Positions 9,318-18,980 of a DNA stretch of 64,000 nucleotides are shown in pieces (within the stretch, counting starts at the first letter, position 1; the number at the start of each line of letters is the position of its first letter). The translations under genes and the position numbers were made by a program. Origin of the DNA: an uncultured Thermoplasmata archaeon (lineage in GTDB: Archaea; Thermoplasmatota; Thermoplasmata; Lutacidiplasmatales; UBA184); assembly GCA_963719635.1 (NCBI GenBank), contig CAVRCS010000004.1, forward strand, positions 459,465 through 523,464, given 5' to 3'. The notes beneath the pieces were generated by a model. That model saw only the letters and a program-made list of their open reading frames with translations. It was not told the origin of the DNA and ran no database searches.

Positions 9318-10451
9318 ATGGTCAAGCTGACGGAAGGTCGAGGGAAGGCGCTGTTCCGGAAGTACGACGTCCCCGTCCCTCGGGGAGTCGTCGTGACCTC
9401 TGCGGAGGAAGCGGAGCGCGCCACGGCGTCCGGCCGGGTGCCCCTTCCCTGCGTCCTGAAGGCGCAGGTCCTCGCCGGGGGACGGGGAAAGGGCGGTGCG
9501 GTCCGATTCGCGGCCACCGCGGCCGAGGCCCGGGCGGCCGCGGCGGCGATCCTCGCGACGCCGTTCCAAGGCGAGACGGTCCGGGAGGTTATCGTCGAGG
9601 AGAAGGTGGCGATCGCCCGCGAGCTGTACGTCTCGTTCGCCCTCGACCGGACGCTGCGGGTCGCCACGCTCATCACGAGCGCGAAGGGCGGGGTCGAGAT
9701 CGAATCGGTCCCCGACTCGGAGATCGCTCGGCAGCCGATCGACCCGTTCCCCGGGCTCGCGGCCTACGAGCGGCGGAGCGCGGCAGAGTCGCTGGGGCTG
9801 AAGGGTCCGCTGGCGGCGGAGCTCGACACGCTGCTGCTCGGGCTGTACCGCCTGTTCGAGCGGGAGGACGCCGAACTTGTCGAGGTTAACCCGCTCGCCG
9901 TCGTCGGCGAGCACCTGATCGCACTGGACGCCAAAGTGATCGTCGAGGACGACGCCGCGTTCCGGCACCCGGAGCTCGCGGCGATCCGGGACGACCGGAC
10001 CCCGCTCGAGGAGATCGCCCGCGAGAAGGGGATCGCCTTCGTCCAGCTGGACGGCAACATCGGCGTAATCGCGAACGGCGCGGGCCTGACGATGGCGACG
10101 GTGGACGTCCTCAAGGAGTTCGGCGGGGCGCCTGGCGTCTTCCTCGACCTCGGCGGCACGGACGACCCGAAGAAGGTCGCCGAGGCGTTCCTCCTGATGG
10201 CGCAGGCGAAGCCGGCCGCGGTGTTCCTGAACATCTTCGGCGGCGTCACCCGGTGCGACACGGTCGCGCAGGGGTTGGTGTCGGCGCTCGGGTCGATCCC
10301 AGCGTCCGAGCGGTTCCCGCTCGTCGCACGGATCCGGGGCAACAACGAGGCCGAGGGGATCGCCATCCTGCGCGGGGCCGGCGTCACCAGCGAGGGGGAC
10401 CTCAGGGTCTCCGCTGAGGCGGTCGTCGCGGCCGCCCGGGGGGCGCGATGA
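9318..10451 (+). CDS. sucC: Succinyl-CoA synthetase beta subunit
   Basis: KAQVLAGGRGKGG, EVNPL, NGAGLTMAT, NIFGG. Confidence 0.93.
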   Translation: MVKLTEGRGKALFRKYDVPVPRGVVVTSAEEAERATASGRVPLPCVLKAQVLAGGRGKGGAVRFAATAAEARAAAAAILATPFQGETVREVIVEEKVAIARELYVSFALDRTLRVATLITSAKGGVEIESVPDSEIARQPIDPFPGLAAYERRSAAESLGLKGPLAAELDTLLLGLYRLFEREDAELVEVNPLAVVGEHLIALDAKVIVEDDAAFRHPELAAIRDDRTPLEEIAREKGIAFVQLDGNIGVIANGAGLTMATVDVLKEFGGAPGVFLDLGGTDDPKKVAEAFLLMAQAKPAAVFLNIFGGVTRCDTVAQGLVSALGSIPASERFPLVARIRGNNEAEGIAILRGAGVTSEGDLRVSAEAVVAAARGAR

Positions 10452-11332
10452 GCGTCCTGGTCGACGCCGATACCCGCGTCGTCGTCCAGGGGATCACCGG
10501 CCACCAGGGGACAGTGCACGCCCGCGCGATGCGAGAGTTCGGCACGACGGTCGTCGCCGGGGTGACCCCGGGGAAGGGCGGCACGAATGTCGAGGGCGTG
10601 CCGGTCTTCGATTCCGTACGGGAGGCGGTTCGCGCAACCCACGCGAACGCCTCGTGCGTGTTCGTCCCCGCGCCGTTCGCCAAGGACGCGCTCCTGGAGG
10701 CAGTGGACGCCGGGATCCCGCTCTGCGTCCTCGTCACCGAGCACATCCCGTTCCACGACATGCTGGTGATGTACCACTACGCCCGCTCGAAGGGGACCCG
10801 GATCATCGGGCCGAACTGCCCGGGGATCGCCGCGCCGGGACGGGCGAAGGTCGGCATCATCCCGAACGTCGTCTTCCGACCCGGTCGCGTCGGGGTCATC
10901 TCGCGCAGCGGGACCCTGACGTACGAGATCGTCAACGGGATCAAGGAGCACGGCCTGGGCCAGTCGACGTGTATCGGGCTCGGCGGCGACCCGGTCGTCG
11001 GGACGTCGTTCGTGGATGCGCTGCCGTTGTTCGAGCGCGACCCCGACACCGACCTCCTGGTCCTGGTCGGGGAGATCGGGGGCACCGGCGAAGAGGAGGC
11101 GGCAGAGGCGATTCGGACGCACTTCACCAAGCCAGTGGTCGCCTACATCGCCGGCCGCAGCGCTCCCCCCGGGAAGCGGATGGGCCACGCGGGAGCGATC
11201 ATCTCGCGGGGCCGCGGGACGGCGGCGTCGAAGGTCGCCGCGCTGGAGGCCGCGGGCGCGCGCGTCGCCCGGTTCCCCTACGAGGTCAGCGAGATCGTAG
11301 CGCAGGTCGCCCGCGAGCAGTCCCGCAAGTGA
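10448..11332 (+). CDS. sucD: Succinyl-CoA synthetase alpha subunit
   Basis: QGITG, GPNCPG, SRSGTLTYE, MGHAGA phospho-His; ATGA overlap with sucC. Confidence 0.95.
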   Translation: MSVLVDADTRVVVQGITGHQGTVHARAMREFGTTVVAGVTPGKGGTNVEGVPVFDSVREAVRATHANASCVFVPAPFAKDALLEAVDAGIPLCVLVTEHIPFHDMLVMYHYARSKGTRIIGPNCPGIAAPGRAKVGIIPNVVFRPGRVGVISRSGTLTYEIVNGIKEHGLGQSTCIGLGGDPVVGTSFVDALPLFERDPDTDLLVLVGEIGGTGEEEAAEAIRTHFTKPVVAYIAGRSAPPGKRMGHAGAIISRGRGTAASKVAALEAAGARVARFPYEVSEIVAQVAREQSRK

Positions 11333-11541
11333 CCGCGCCCGAGGCGGAACCGCCGGCCGAGTCGTGCGCCGTCCCCGGCTGCGTTGGGAACCCCGTCCGG
11401 CACCTTGCCCGGGCGGAAATGCGTGCCGCGTTCCCCGAGCTCCCGGACGGCGGACGACGTGCGCCGGCGTGCCGAGAGCACTACCGCGCCTGGAAGAAGG
11501 CGACCAAGGACCGTCGGTCGCTCGACCGGCTCGCCTGGTGA
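11329..11541 (+). CDS. Small Cys/His (zinc-binding-like) protein, 70 aa
   Basis: GTG overlaps sucD stop; CAVPGC...CREHYRAWKK. Confidence 0.6.
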   Translation: MTAPEAEPPAESCAVPGCVGNPVRHLARAEMRAAFPELPDGGRRAPACREHYRAWKKATKDRRSLDRLAW

Positions 11542-11579
11542 CGCCGGGCGGTTCACGCCCGGCGGGGACGCTCGCGTCC

Positions 11580-11687
11580 CTACTTCTTGCGCATCTTCTG
11601 GGCCCTCATGCGGCGGCGCATCCGCTTCTTGCGCCACTTCCACCGCATGTGGCCGCGCTTCTTCCAGACGCGGGACGAGCGTTTCAT
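11580..11687 (-). CDS. rpl41e: Ribosomal protein L41e (eL41/eS32)
   Basis: MKRSSRVWKKRGHMRWKWRKKRMRR; upstream TTATTAA box. Confidence 0.85.
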   Translation of the reverse strand: MKRSSRVWKKRGHMRWKWRKKRMRRRMRAQKMRKK

Positions 11688-11795
11688 TCCACCATCGGCT
11701 GACGGAGCGGCGCTACGGCCGTCGCTTAATAAGCCTGCCTCGGGCGCGCCGCCCGCCGAGCGGCGACTTATCACCCCGTCGGTCCTCGGCCGGCA

Positions 11796-12206
11796 GTGCT
11801 GACGCCCGCTGACCTCGAGGTCAACGTGCTCGAGTTCCGGCTGCGTTCGTTCCAGTTCCAGCGGCTGGTCGAGCTCGGGGGTGAGAGTTACGCGGTCTTT
11901 GGCCGGACCGAGACGGAGAACGAGCGCCAGCTCCGCCCCAGCCTCGTCCACCTGTCGGTGGTCGTGCCGCTGCCGTGGGTCGTCCTGGACGAGGCGACCG
12001 ACCTCCTGCGGGTAGCGCCGAGCGGGAAGGCCGGCCCGGTCAGCGCGGGGAACCCGGTCGAGATTGGCGCCGAGCCGTCCGAGTTCGACGAGGACGGGGC
12101 CGCCTGGAAGAGGACCGTCGCGGGGCCCGCCGGCTACCTGTATGCACCGGCGGACCGGGCCGGCCTGCTCCTCAGCCCCGAGGGGCGCGCGGCGCTCGGC
12201 GGGTAG
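11796..12206 (+). CDS. Hypothetical protein
   Basis: 136-aa ORF with GC3-biased codons; TTTAT-like box (CTTATC) about 25 nt upstream. Confidence 0.6.
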   Translation: MLTPADLEVNVLEFRLRSFQFQRLVELGGESYAVFGRTETENERQLRPSLVHLSVVVPLPWVVLDEATDLLRVAPSGKAGPVSAGNPVEIGAEPSEFDEDGAAWKRTVAGPAGYLYAPADRAGLLLSPEGRAALGG

Positions 12207-12215
12207 GCCCGCTCC

Positions 12216-12965
12216 TTACGGCTTCGGCTTCAGGGCCATCTCGACGAGCGCAGCGAGGATGCCGCCGACGATTGGGGCGACCCAAAAGATCCAGTCCTGG
12301 TGGATCGCCCAGCCGTCGCCGGAGAACATCGCGGAGAGGATCGCGGGCGCGAAGCTCCGCGCCGGGTTGACGGAGGCGCCGTCCAACGGGATGGCGATCA
12401 GGTTCGTCATGGCGAGGGTGAGCGCGATGCCGACCGGGGCGAGGTTCTGGGCGGACCCTTCGGACCGGGTCGAGAAGAGGATCGTGACGACGAGCAGGAA
12501 CGTCAGCACGACCTCGAGCAGGAAGACCGAGCCGACGGCGACGAGATACGGCGCGCCGTTGCCGGAGTAGCCCTGGGACGCGAACGCGACCGTCGGAGCG
12601 GTCACCGCGTGCCAGAGCGGGCCGTAGCCGTGGGCGACGCCCGCGACCGTCGCGACACCGACGACCCCGCCGATGACCTGGGCGATGATGTAGCCGACCG
12701 CATCCATCGGCTTGGTCCGGCCGCCGATCCACATCGCGATCGTGACGGCGGGGTTGAAGTGCGCCCCCGAAATGTCGCCGAACGCGTAGATCATCCCAAG
12801 GACGCCGAAGCCGAGCGAGAGGCTCAACAGCAGCACCCGCGCGTCCGGGTCGAGGGTTCCGCCGTCGAGGCTGAGCGAGAGGAGGGCCGCGCCCGTGATC
12901 GACACGAGCAGCCCGAACGTTCCCAGGAACTCGGCGAGGTAGCGCTGGCCGGCGGTCCACTTCAT
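12216..12965 (-). CDS. MIP family channel (aquaporin Z-like)
   Basis: AEFLGTF, SGAHFNPAV and SVNPARS NPA boxes, six TM helices. Confidence 0.92.
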   Translation of the reverse strand: MKWTAGQRYLAEFLGTFGLLVSITGAALLSLSLDGGTLDPDARVLLLSLSLGFGVLGMIYAFGDISGAHFNPAVTIAMWIGGRTKPMDAVGYIIAQVIGGVVGVATVAGVAHGYGPLWHAVTAPTVAFASQGYSGNGAPYLVAVGSVFLLEVVLTFLLVVTILFSTRSEGSAQNLAPVGIALTLAMTNLIAIPLDGASVNPARSFAPAILSAMFSGDGWAIHQDWIFWVAPIVGGILAALVEMALKPKP

Positions 12966-13078
12966 CGGGGGCCGGGCACCGTCCGACCTCTTAAACCGTT
13001 CGCACGGACCTCGCCCGCCCTTTCTCGGCGGCCCGTCGCGGAACGGTTTCGGCGGGGCCGGCGCCGTGCGGGCAGCGG

Positions 13079-14218
13079 TTAGACGACGCCCATCGCCGTC
13101 AGCTTCTCCGGCAAGTAGTGGTCCGTGACGTAGTTCAGGCCGTACTTCGCGAGCGACTGCTGCTCGGCCTTCTTGCCGTTCTTGAGCATCAGCTCGATCT
13201 CGCTCCGCCACTCGGCGGTGCCGAACCGGGGGTCGGTGAGCTCGGCCTCGAGCGCGTGGATGTCCTGCTCGCTCAACTTGTCGCTGGGCAGATCGTAGTT
13301 CTCGATGTCGGAAGCGGTCACGCCGAGGAATTCCGCGCTCGGCGTCGCGAGATAGCTGGAGAGATGCGCGGTCTTGATCGCGCCGTAGGCGACGCTGGCG
13401 TAGATGCGGAACGACCACGGGTCGCCGTCGGTGAAGACCACGACCGGCAGCTTCAGCTCGTCAGAAAGGCGCCGTAGGAACCGCCGGGTCGAACGGGCCG
13501 GCTGGCCTTTGAGGTGGAGCAGGATCGCGTCGTTCTTCTCGTCGAAGCCGTTCTCCGCGAGGCGGTCGACCATCCCGCCGCACTCGATCGCGATGACGAA
13601 CTTCGCGTTCGTCGAGACGAACTCGATCTTCTCCTTTTCGACGTTGAACGGGAGGGCGTAGCCGCCGTCCCCGACGTCGTCGCGGCAGTTGATCTTCTTG
13701 ACGATCCCCTTGCGGTTGCGCTCCTTGATCGTGAGGTCGCCGATCACCGAGGCGCCGTTCTCCTCAGGATGGAGCCGGAAATCCTCGCGGAGGCGGTCGC
13801 AGAGGACCTCGAGGTCCTCGATCAGGAGGTTCGACTCGTCCTCGCTGTGGAACTTCCCCTCCTGCCACGCCTCGCTGATGTAGTACAGCTCCCGGAGCGT
13901 CGACGTCTTTGCGTCGCGCGCCATCTCGTTGATGAAATCGACCAGGTAGAACGTCCGCAGCAGCATCAGCGCCCCGTCGAGCTTGCGCGCGCTGCGCGTG
14001 CCCATCGACCGGCCGAGCTTCCAGACCCCCTCGCGGGACTCGAAGACTAGGTTCTGCTTCGTACGGAGCGGAAGCTGCATCCGCGGGATCTCGCCGGCGG
14101 AGAGCTGCCGGTAGATCTCCCCGGCGAGGCCAACGGTCGGGGCCAGCGCGTCGGCCCGGATCTTCGGGGCGTCCGCGTCAGTCGTCGTCTCGGCCTTGCG
14201 CGCTCGCTTCGGCGGCAT
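13079..14218 (-). CDS. top6A: DNA topoisomerase VI subunit A
   Basis: TLRELYY catalytic Tyr region, KGQP, DGDPW TOPRIM motif; GGAGGTG SD before ATG 14218. Confidence 0.95.
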   Translation of the reverse strand: MPPKRARKAETTTDADAPKIRADALAPTVGLAGEIYRQLSAGEIPRMQLPLRTKQNLVFESREGVWKLGRSMGTRSARKLDGALMLLRTFYLVDFINEMARDAKTSTLRELYYISEAWQEGKFHSEDESNLLIEDLEVLCDRLREDFRLHPEENGASVIGDLTIKERNRKGIVKKINCRDDVGDGGYALPFNVEKEKIEFVSTNAKFVIAIECGGMVDRLAENGFDEKNDAILLHLKGQPARSTRRFLRRLSDELKLPVVVFTDGDPWSFRIYASVAYGAIKTAHLSSYLATPSAEFLGVTASDIENYDLPSDKLSEQDIHALEAELTDPRFGTAEWRSEIELMLKNGKKAEQQSLAKYGLNYVTDHYLPEKLTAMGVV

Positions 14219-16202
14219 CGTAATCCACCTCCGTCTCGTCACCGGGGCCCGTCCCGGCGGCCTCCTCGGCGGCGGCTTCCGCCGCCTCCACCACCGTTCG
14301 CGGGAGCCGGACGTCCCAGTCCCCGGGCAGCGGGTCGGCGCCGAGCAGCCGGCCCTCGTCGACCCCGGCGATGTACCAATCGAGGTCGTTCACGTCGACC
14401 TCGGTCCCCTTGGGAAACCCGACGGTGAGCTGGGTCCGCCCGTTCGGCGCGAGCTTCGGGAGGGTCCACCACGCCCGACCGAGCTCCGGCTCCGTCCCGT
14501 CCGGGGCCGGGGTGAACGACGCGGTTCGGCTCAGTTCGGGGTCGAGCTCGAGGAACAGCTCCAGCACCCGCGCGCGGGGCGTGTAGTTCGTCACGTCGAC
14601 GGTGCCGCGGAGCGCGCCGGCGGCGCTCGCGAAGGTCGTCTCGACGTTCACGACGTCCATGATCTTCGTCACGACCGGGGTGAGGTCGGGGACCGGTTTC
14701 CCGACGAGGACGCTCGCCTTCTCGGCGAGCCTCGGCAGGATCTTCTGGATGATGGCGAACTTGTCGCTCGCGAAGTCGCGACGGCTCTTCCGGGAGAGGT
14801 GGGCCCGCAGGTGCCGTGCCCCCGCTTGCAGCGCGAGGGTCAACTCGCGGTCGATCTCCGGGTCCTCGGCGACGGCCTCCTTGGCCTCGCTGGTGAACGG
14901 GACCTTGGTCGAGGCGATGTGGACCAGGAGCACCATCGGTCCGGCCGGGAGCCCCGAGCCGCCCTTCTGGTCGAGGCCGTACCGCCTCCAGTCCATGCCG
15001 GCGACCGCGTTGGTGATCGCGCACGCCCCCTGCTGGAACAGCAGCGGGACCCGGTTGGCGAACCGGAGCAACTGGATCGGCTGGTCGCCGGGGAGGCCCC
15101 CGCCGTAGACGAGCCCCACCTCGACCATGAACGGGAAGCCGCCCCGCACCTTCGGCGGCCGGCTGACCGGCGGCGCGAAGAACTCGGGTCGGAGCTCGCC
15201 CAGGACGTTCCGCAACCCCCGCTTGATCAGCATCCCGCCGATCGGCGAGAGGCATTCGGCGTCCGGGGCGACGAGGGGGACGGCGCGGAGCGCCTCGAGG
15301 AGCCGCTCCTGGTCGGTCCCGAGGACCCCCGCCGGCTTGTCGCTCGCCGTGAGGCCGGCCCGGCCGATCACGTCCTTCGACGCGCGGGCGCTGACACCCT
15401 GCAAGTCGCGGATGAGGAACTCGCCGAGGGTCGGCCGCTTCGTTGACTTGAGGAGGGAGCCGAGCTCGCCGAGCTCGAGCCCGTACGGGTGAGGGGCCGT
15501 CTCGCGGGCGGCGGCGGGCAGTTCGTTCGTCGCCCGGGCGAACGTCACGCGGGTCCCGTCCGGCTCGGTGAGCACGATCTGGGCGTGAGGGTTGACGATC
15601 GCCGTGCCGCGGAGGTACTCGAGAGCGGACTGGCGGCCCCGCTGATACCTCGCCTTGAGGACGAGCTCGATCATCGTGCCGTGCGGCCGATCCCACAGGG
15701 TGACGTCCTCGGAGACGACCTTCGGCTGGTTCTTCTGAGTGTCGAGGACGAGCTCGAGGACGTGGGCCACGTCCTCCTCCTCGACCTTGGAGGTGACCCG
15801 GGCCGGGCGCGCGGTGGTGAGGTTGGCGTACAGCACGGCGGCCGAGACGCCGATCCCCTGCTGGCCGCGCGCCTGGCGGTTCGCGTGGAACCGCGAGCCG
15901 TACAGCAGCCGCGCGAAGACGTTCGGGATCTCCCGGCGCAGGATCCCCGGACCGTTGTCGGCGACGCTGACCTGGAACCGCTCCTCGCTCTCCTTACGGA
16001 TCGTGACGGAGACGTCGGGCAGGACGCGAGCCTCCTCGGCGGCGTCCAGCGCGTTGTCGACGGCCTCCTTGACGGTCGTCAGCAGCGCCCGGGCCGGATT
16101 GTCGAAGCCGAGGATCTGACGGTTCCGCTCGAAGAATTCGGCGATCGAGATCTCGCGCTGCTTGGCGGCGAGTTGCTGTGCGATCGTCGTCGCCGGCGCC
16201 AC
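14178..16202 (-). CDS. top6B: DNA topoisomerase VI subunit B
   Basis: AEFFERN, KEAVDNALDA, DNGPG, RGQQGIG, RFANRVPL, PFTSEAKEA. Confidence 0.95.
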   Translation of the reverse strand: MAPATTIAQQLAAKQREISIAEFFERNRQILGFDNPARALLTTVKEAVDNALDAAEEARVLPDVSVTIRKESEERFQVSVADNGPGILRREIPNVFARLLYGSRFHANRQARGQQGIGVSAAVLYANLTTARPARVTSKVEEEDVAHVLELVLDTQKNQPKVVSEDVTLWDRPHGTMIELVLKARYQRGRQSALEYLRGTAIVNPHAQIVLTEPDGTRVTFARATNELPAAARETAPHPYGLELGELGSLLKSTKRPTLGEFLIRDLQGVSARASKDVIGRAGLTASDKPAGVLGTDQERLLEALRAVPLVAPDAECLSPIGGMLIKRGLRNVLGELRPEFFAPPVSRPPKVRGGFPFMVEVGLVYGGGLPGDQPIQLLRFANRVPLLFQQGACAITNAVAGMDWRRYGLDQKGGSGLPAGPMVLLVHIASTKVPFTSEAKEAVAEDPEIDRELTLALQAGARHLRAHLSRKSRRDFASDKFAIIQKILPRLAEKASVLVGKPVPDLTPVVTKIMDVVNVETTFASAAGALRGTVDVTNYTPRARVLELFLELDPELSRTASFTPAPDGTEPELGRAWWTLPKLAPNGRTQLTVGFPKGTEVDVNDLDWYIAGVDEGRLLGADPLPGDWDVRLPRTVVEAAEAAAEEAAGTGPGDETEVDYDAAEASAQGRDDD

Positions 16203-16257
16203 GCCGGGGCACGGGCGGCAGGCGGTTCTTAACGGCCGCGTTCGAACGGAACGGTGG

Positions 16258-17079
16258 TCAGCCGGCGGCGGAGCCGGACGGTGGCGGGCGCGCCACCACG
16301 TCGCGTAGGACGGGCCGGAACGGTCGCCAGCGGCCGACGGCGGTGAGGTCGATCTCGGCGGTCACGACCCGCTCGCCTGCCCCCAGCCCCTTGCACGCCA
16401 CCGATGAGAGCGCGAGTGGCTCCCCTCGGCCGTCCCAGGCGCAGCTCCCTCCACCAAAGACGAGGCCGTCCTCGACCCCCACGCGATTCACGTACACGAA
16501 CGGGAGCCCGTTCTCGACCGCCCGGGCCGGCAGGAGCTTTTCGAACAGGGCCCGGCTCGTCGTCGGGGAGGCGGAGAGGTTGACCAGCAGCTCGGCGCCG
16601 GCGACGGCGAGCTCTCGCGTCACCTCCGGAAAGAACGCATCGTAGCAGATCTCGACCCCCAGCCGCACGCCGGGGAGGTTGAGCGGAGCGCTGCGGTCCG
16701 ACGGCGTGAACAGACGACCCTCCTCGAAGGGGCCGAACGTCGGCAGGTACCGCTTGACCTGCATCCAGCGCCCGCCGTCACGGTCCACCGCGACCGCCGC
16801 ATTCTCCACCTCCCCTGGCCTCGTGCTGGAGGCGACCGGGGCGCCGACGAGAACGGTGCACTTCGACTCCCCGGCGATGCGCTCGAGGGCCAACCATGTC
16901 GGGTCTTGGGGCCGAACGGCCAGGGTCCGGAGCCGGTCGCCGACGCCGTAACCGGTGACGAACAGCTCGGGGAAGAGGGCGAGTTCGGCACCGGCGGCGC
17001 GAACGACCTCCTCGACCCGTGCCAGGTTCCCCGCCACGTCGAGGGGCTTGGGCGCGAGCTCGGCGAGGGCGACGCGCAT
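16258..17079 (-). CDS. Carbon-nitrogen hydrolase (nitrilase superfamily)
   Basis: FPEL, K-x-x-L, ICYDAFFPE triad, ARAVEN. Confidence 0.9.
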   Translation of the reverse strand: MRVALAELAPKPLDVAGNLARVEEVVRAAGAELALFPELFVTGYGVGDRLRTLAVRPQDPTWLALERIAGESKCTVLVGAPVASSTRPGEVENAAVAVDRDGGRWMQVKRYLPTFGPFEEGRLFTPSDRSAPLNLPGVRLGVEICYDAFFPEVTRELAVAGAELLVNLSASPTTSRALFEKLLPARAVENGLPFVYVNRVGVEDGLVFGGGSCAWDGRGEPLALSSVACKGLGAGERVVTAEIDLTAVGRWRPFRPVLRDVVARPPPSGSAAG

Positions 17080-17489
17080 CAGTAGAAGTACCGACGCACG
17101 GCGAGGAGGTAGACGAGGAGGACGACGAACAGGACGAAGAGGATCGTGATGAAGCCGGTGAAGAACAGGTAGGCCGTCATGCCGAAGACGAGCACGATCG
17201 TCGTCCAGAGCGCCCACGTCTCCTGCCGCCAGAGCGACGTGGCGACGCTCAGGAGCGCTACCCCGACCACGAGCAGGATGAGCGCCCCGAACGTGTCGAA
17301 GGCCGAGAAGATCTCGAGGGTGGAGGGCACCGTCGCACCGACGAGCTGATTGAGCACGAACAGGACGGCGCCGAGCACCATCACGAAGCCCACGAGGCCG
17401 ATGAGGACGCTGACGATGGCTACGCCAAGAGGTAGCCGCGGGCGGACCGGAGTCGGCTCCCACGCCGGCGGGAGGTGCTCAACGTCCAT
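17079..17489 (-). CDS. Four-TM membrane protein, paralogue of 38623-39027
   Basis: PLGVAIVSVL...LW...WAL...YLLAVRRYF; alternative start at 17528. Confidence 0.7.
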   Translation of the reverse strand: MDVEHLPPAWEPTPVRPRLPLGVAIVSVLIGLVGFVMVLGAVLFVLNQLVGATVPSTLEIFSAFDTFGALILLVVGVALLSVATSLWRQETWALWTTIVLVFGMTAYLFFTGFITILFVLFVVLLVYLLAVRRYFY

Positions 17490-17927
17490 GGCGGCCGGGG
17501 TCGCACTCACCGTTGCGCCGCCGCTCATGGCCGTCGCATTCAGACCTGGAGGGCCTCTGAAGTAGCTTTCGGGCCAACGGAAGACGTCAGCCGGGCGAAC
17601 TCTCGGCGAGCCGGTCGCGACGTTGGGGTGGAGCGTCTCGGTTGGGGGAAGGTTTTCGAAGCGACGACCGGTCCGACTCGTCCGCGCGGAGGCGCTCGTC
17701 CGGAAACGGTCCGGCCCCCCCTCCTCACTTCCAGGCCGACAGCTGCCGCCGCCTCGCGAACGGCCGTAGCGGGGTCTTCCTGCTGACGCGGCATCCAACT
17801 TCTTGACCGTGGGCCACCCGACTATCCGAGGGAGTGGGGGCTCGCCGCAGTCGCCGGGGACCTGCCGGGCCCAGCGGCCATCACCTGACGACCGGAATCG
17901 GGACCGGACCCCGCGTCCTAGGGTCGT

Positions 17928-18980
17928 CTACGTGATTCGCTCGGCCGCCCCGTGGGCGAGCCGCTCCAGCAACAGCCGATAGGGGCCCGGCGGGAGCGGC
18001 TCAAGCGCGGCGACCGCCCGCAGAGCCCAGACCCGGGCCTCCTCGGCGGTCGCCTCGGGGGCTGCGACCGCCTCGCTGAGCTCGCGGAGGCGTAGCAGGT
18101 GCTTCGTCCGCTTCTTCCGGAGCGTGAACAGCCGCTCGAACTCCGCCTGGCGCTTTGGGTCAAGGCGGCGGTACGCCTCGAGGGAGACGAGCGTCGGGTT
18201 CCCCTCCCGGTAGTCGCCGTACAGCGGCTTGCCGAGGAGGTCCGGGTCGCCGACGACGTCCAACAGGTCGTCCCGGATCTGGAAGGCGACGCCGAGGCGG
18301 TGGCCGTAGGCTGCCAGCGCGTCGACCCGCGGCGCCGGCGCTTCGAAGATCTCGGCGACGGAGGCGAGCGAGGCGGCGATGATCGCCGCGGTCTTGTGCT
18401 CGACGATCCGGAAGTACCGTTCCCGCCCCCCGGAGAGGTCGTAGCGGGCGCTCTCCTGGAGCACCTCGCCCTCGACGAGATTCGCGCACGACTCCCCGCA
18501 GCGGAGGATGATCGATTTCGGGTACTCGGCCGCCAGCTCGAACGCGCGGACGAACAGGTAGTCGCCCGAGACGATGGCGAGCGGCTCACCGTAGGCGCGG
18601 AGCATCGACGGTCGACCCCGCCGGGTCTCGGCGTGGTCGATCACATCGTCGTGGACGAGGGTGGCGGTATGGATCAGCTGGAACGCCGCGGCGAGCGATA
18701 CGACCGGGCCGACCGATTGCGCCCCGAGCGCCCTCCCCGCGACCGCCATGAGCAGCGGCCGGACCCGCTTTCCACCCGCGGAGCAGGCGTACCGGGCCGC
18801 CTCGGTCAGCTGGGTGAACGGGGAGTCGAGGACCTCCCGGAGCCGCCCGTCGACCCGCTCCAGGTCCTGGACGAGCTCGGGCACGAGGGCGAGAAGGTCA
18901 CGCGCGGCGTCCTCTCCGAGGGTGCGCGTGACCTGGCTTTCGAGGGACGCCTCCAGCCCCTCGCCGACGGGGCTCGTCAC
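17928..18980 (-). CDS. Polyprenyl diphosphate synthase (medium/long-chain type)
   Basis: GGKRVRP, TATLVHDDVID, RRG, FQIRDDLLD; GTG overlaps upstream stop. Confidence 0.9.
   Translation of the reverse strand: MTSPVGEGLEASLESQVTRTLGEDAARDLLALVPELVQDLERVDGRLREVLDSPFTQLTEAARYACSAGGKRVRPLLMAVAGRALGAQSVGPVVSLAAAFQLIHTATLVHDDVIDHAETRRGRPSMLRAYGEPLAIVSGDYLFVRAFELAAEYPKSIILRCGESCANLVEGEVLQESARYDLSGGRERYFRIVEHKTAAIIAASLASVAEIFEAPAPRVDALAAYGHRLGVAFQIRDDLLDVVGDPDLLGKPLYGDYREGNPTLVSLEAYRRLDPKRQAEFERLFTLRKKRTKHLLRLRELSEAVAAPEATAEEARVWALRAVAALEPLPPGPYRLLLERLAHGAAERIT

Noticed and set aside
17530-17927. RNase P or SRP RNA
   Set aside because: No GAGGAAAGTCC/ACAGAA P4 motifs and no SRP helix-8 motif found on either strand
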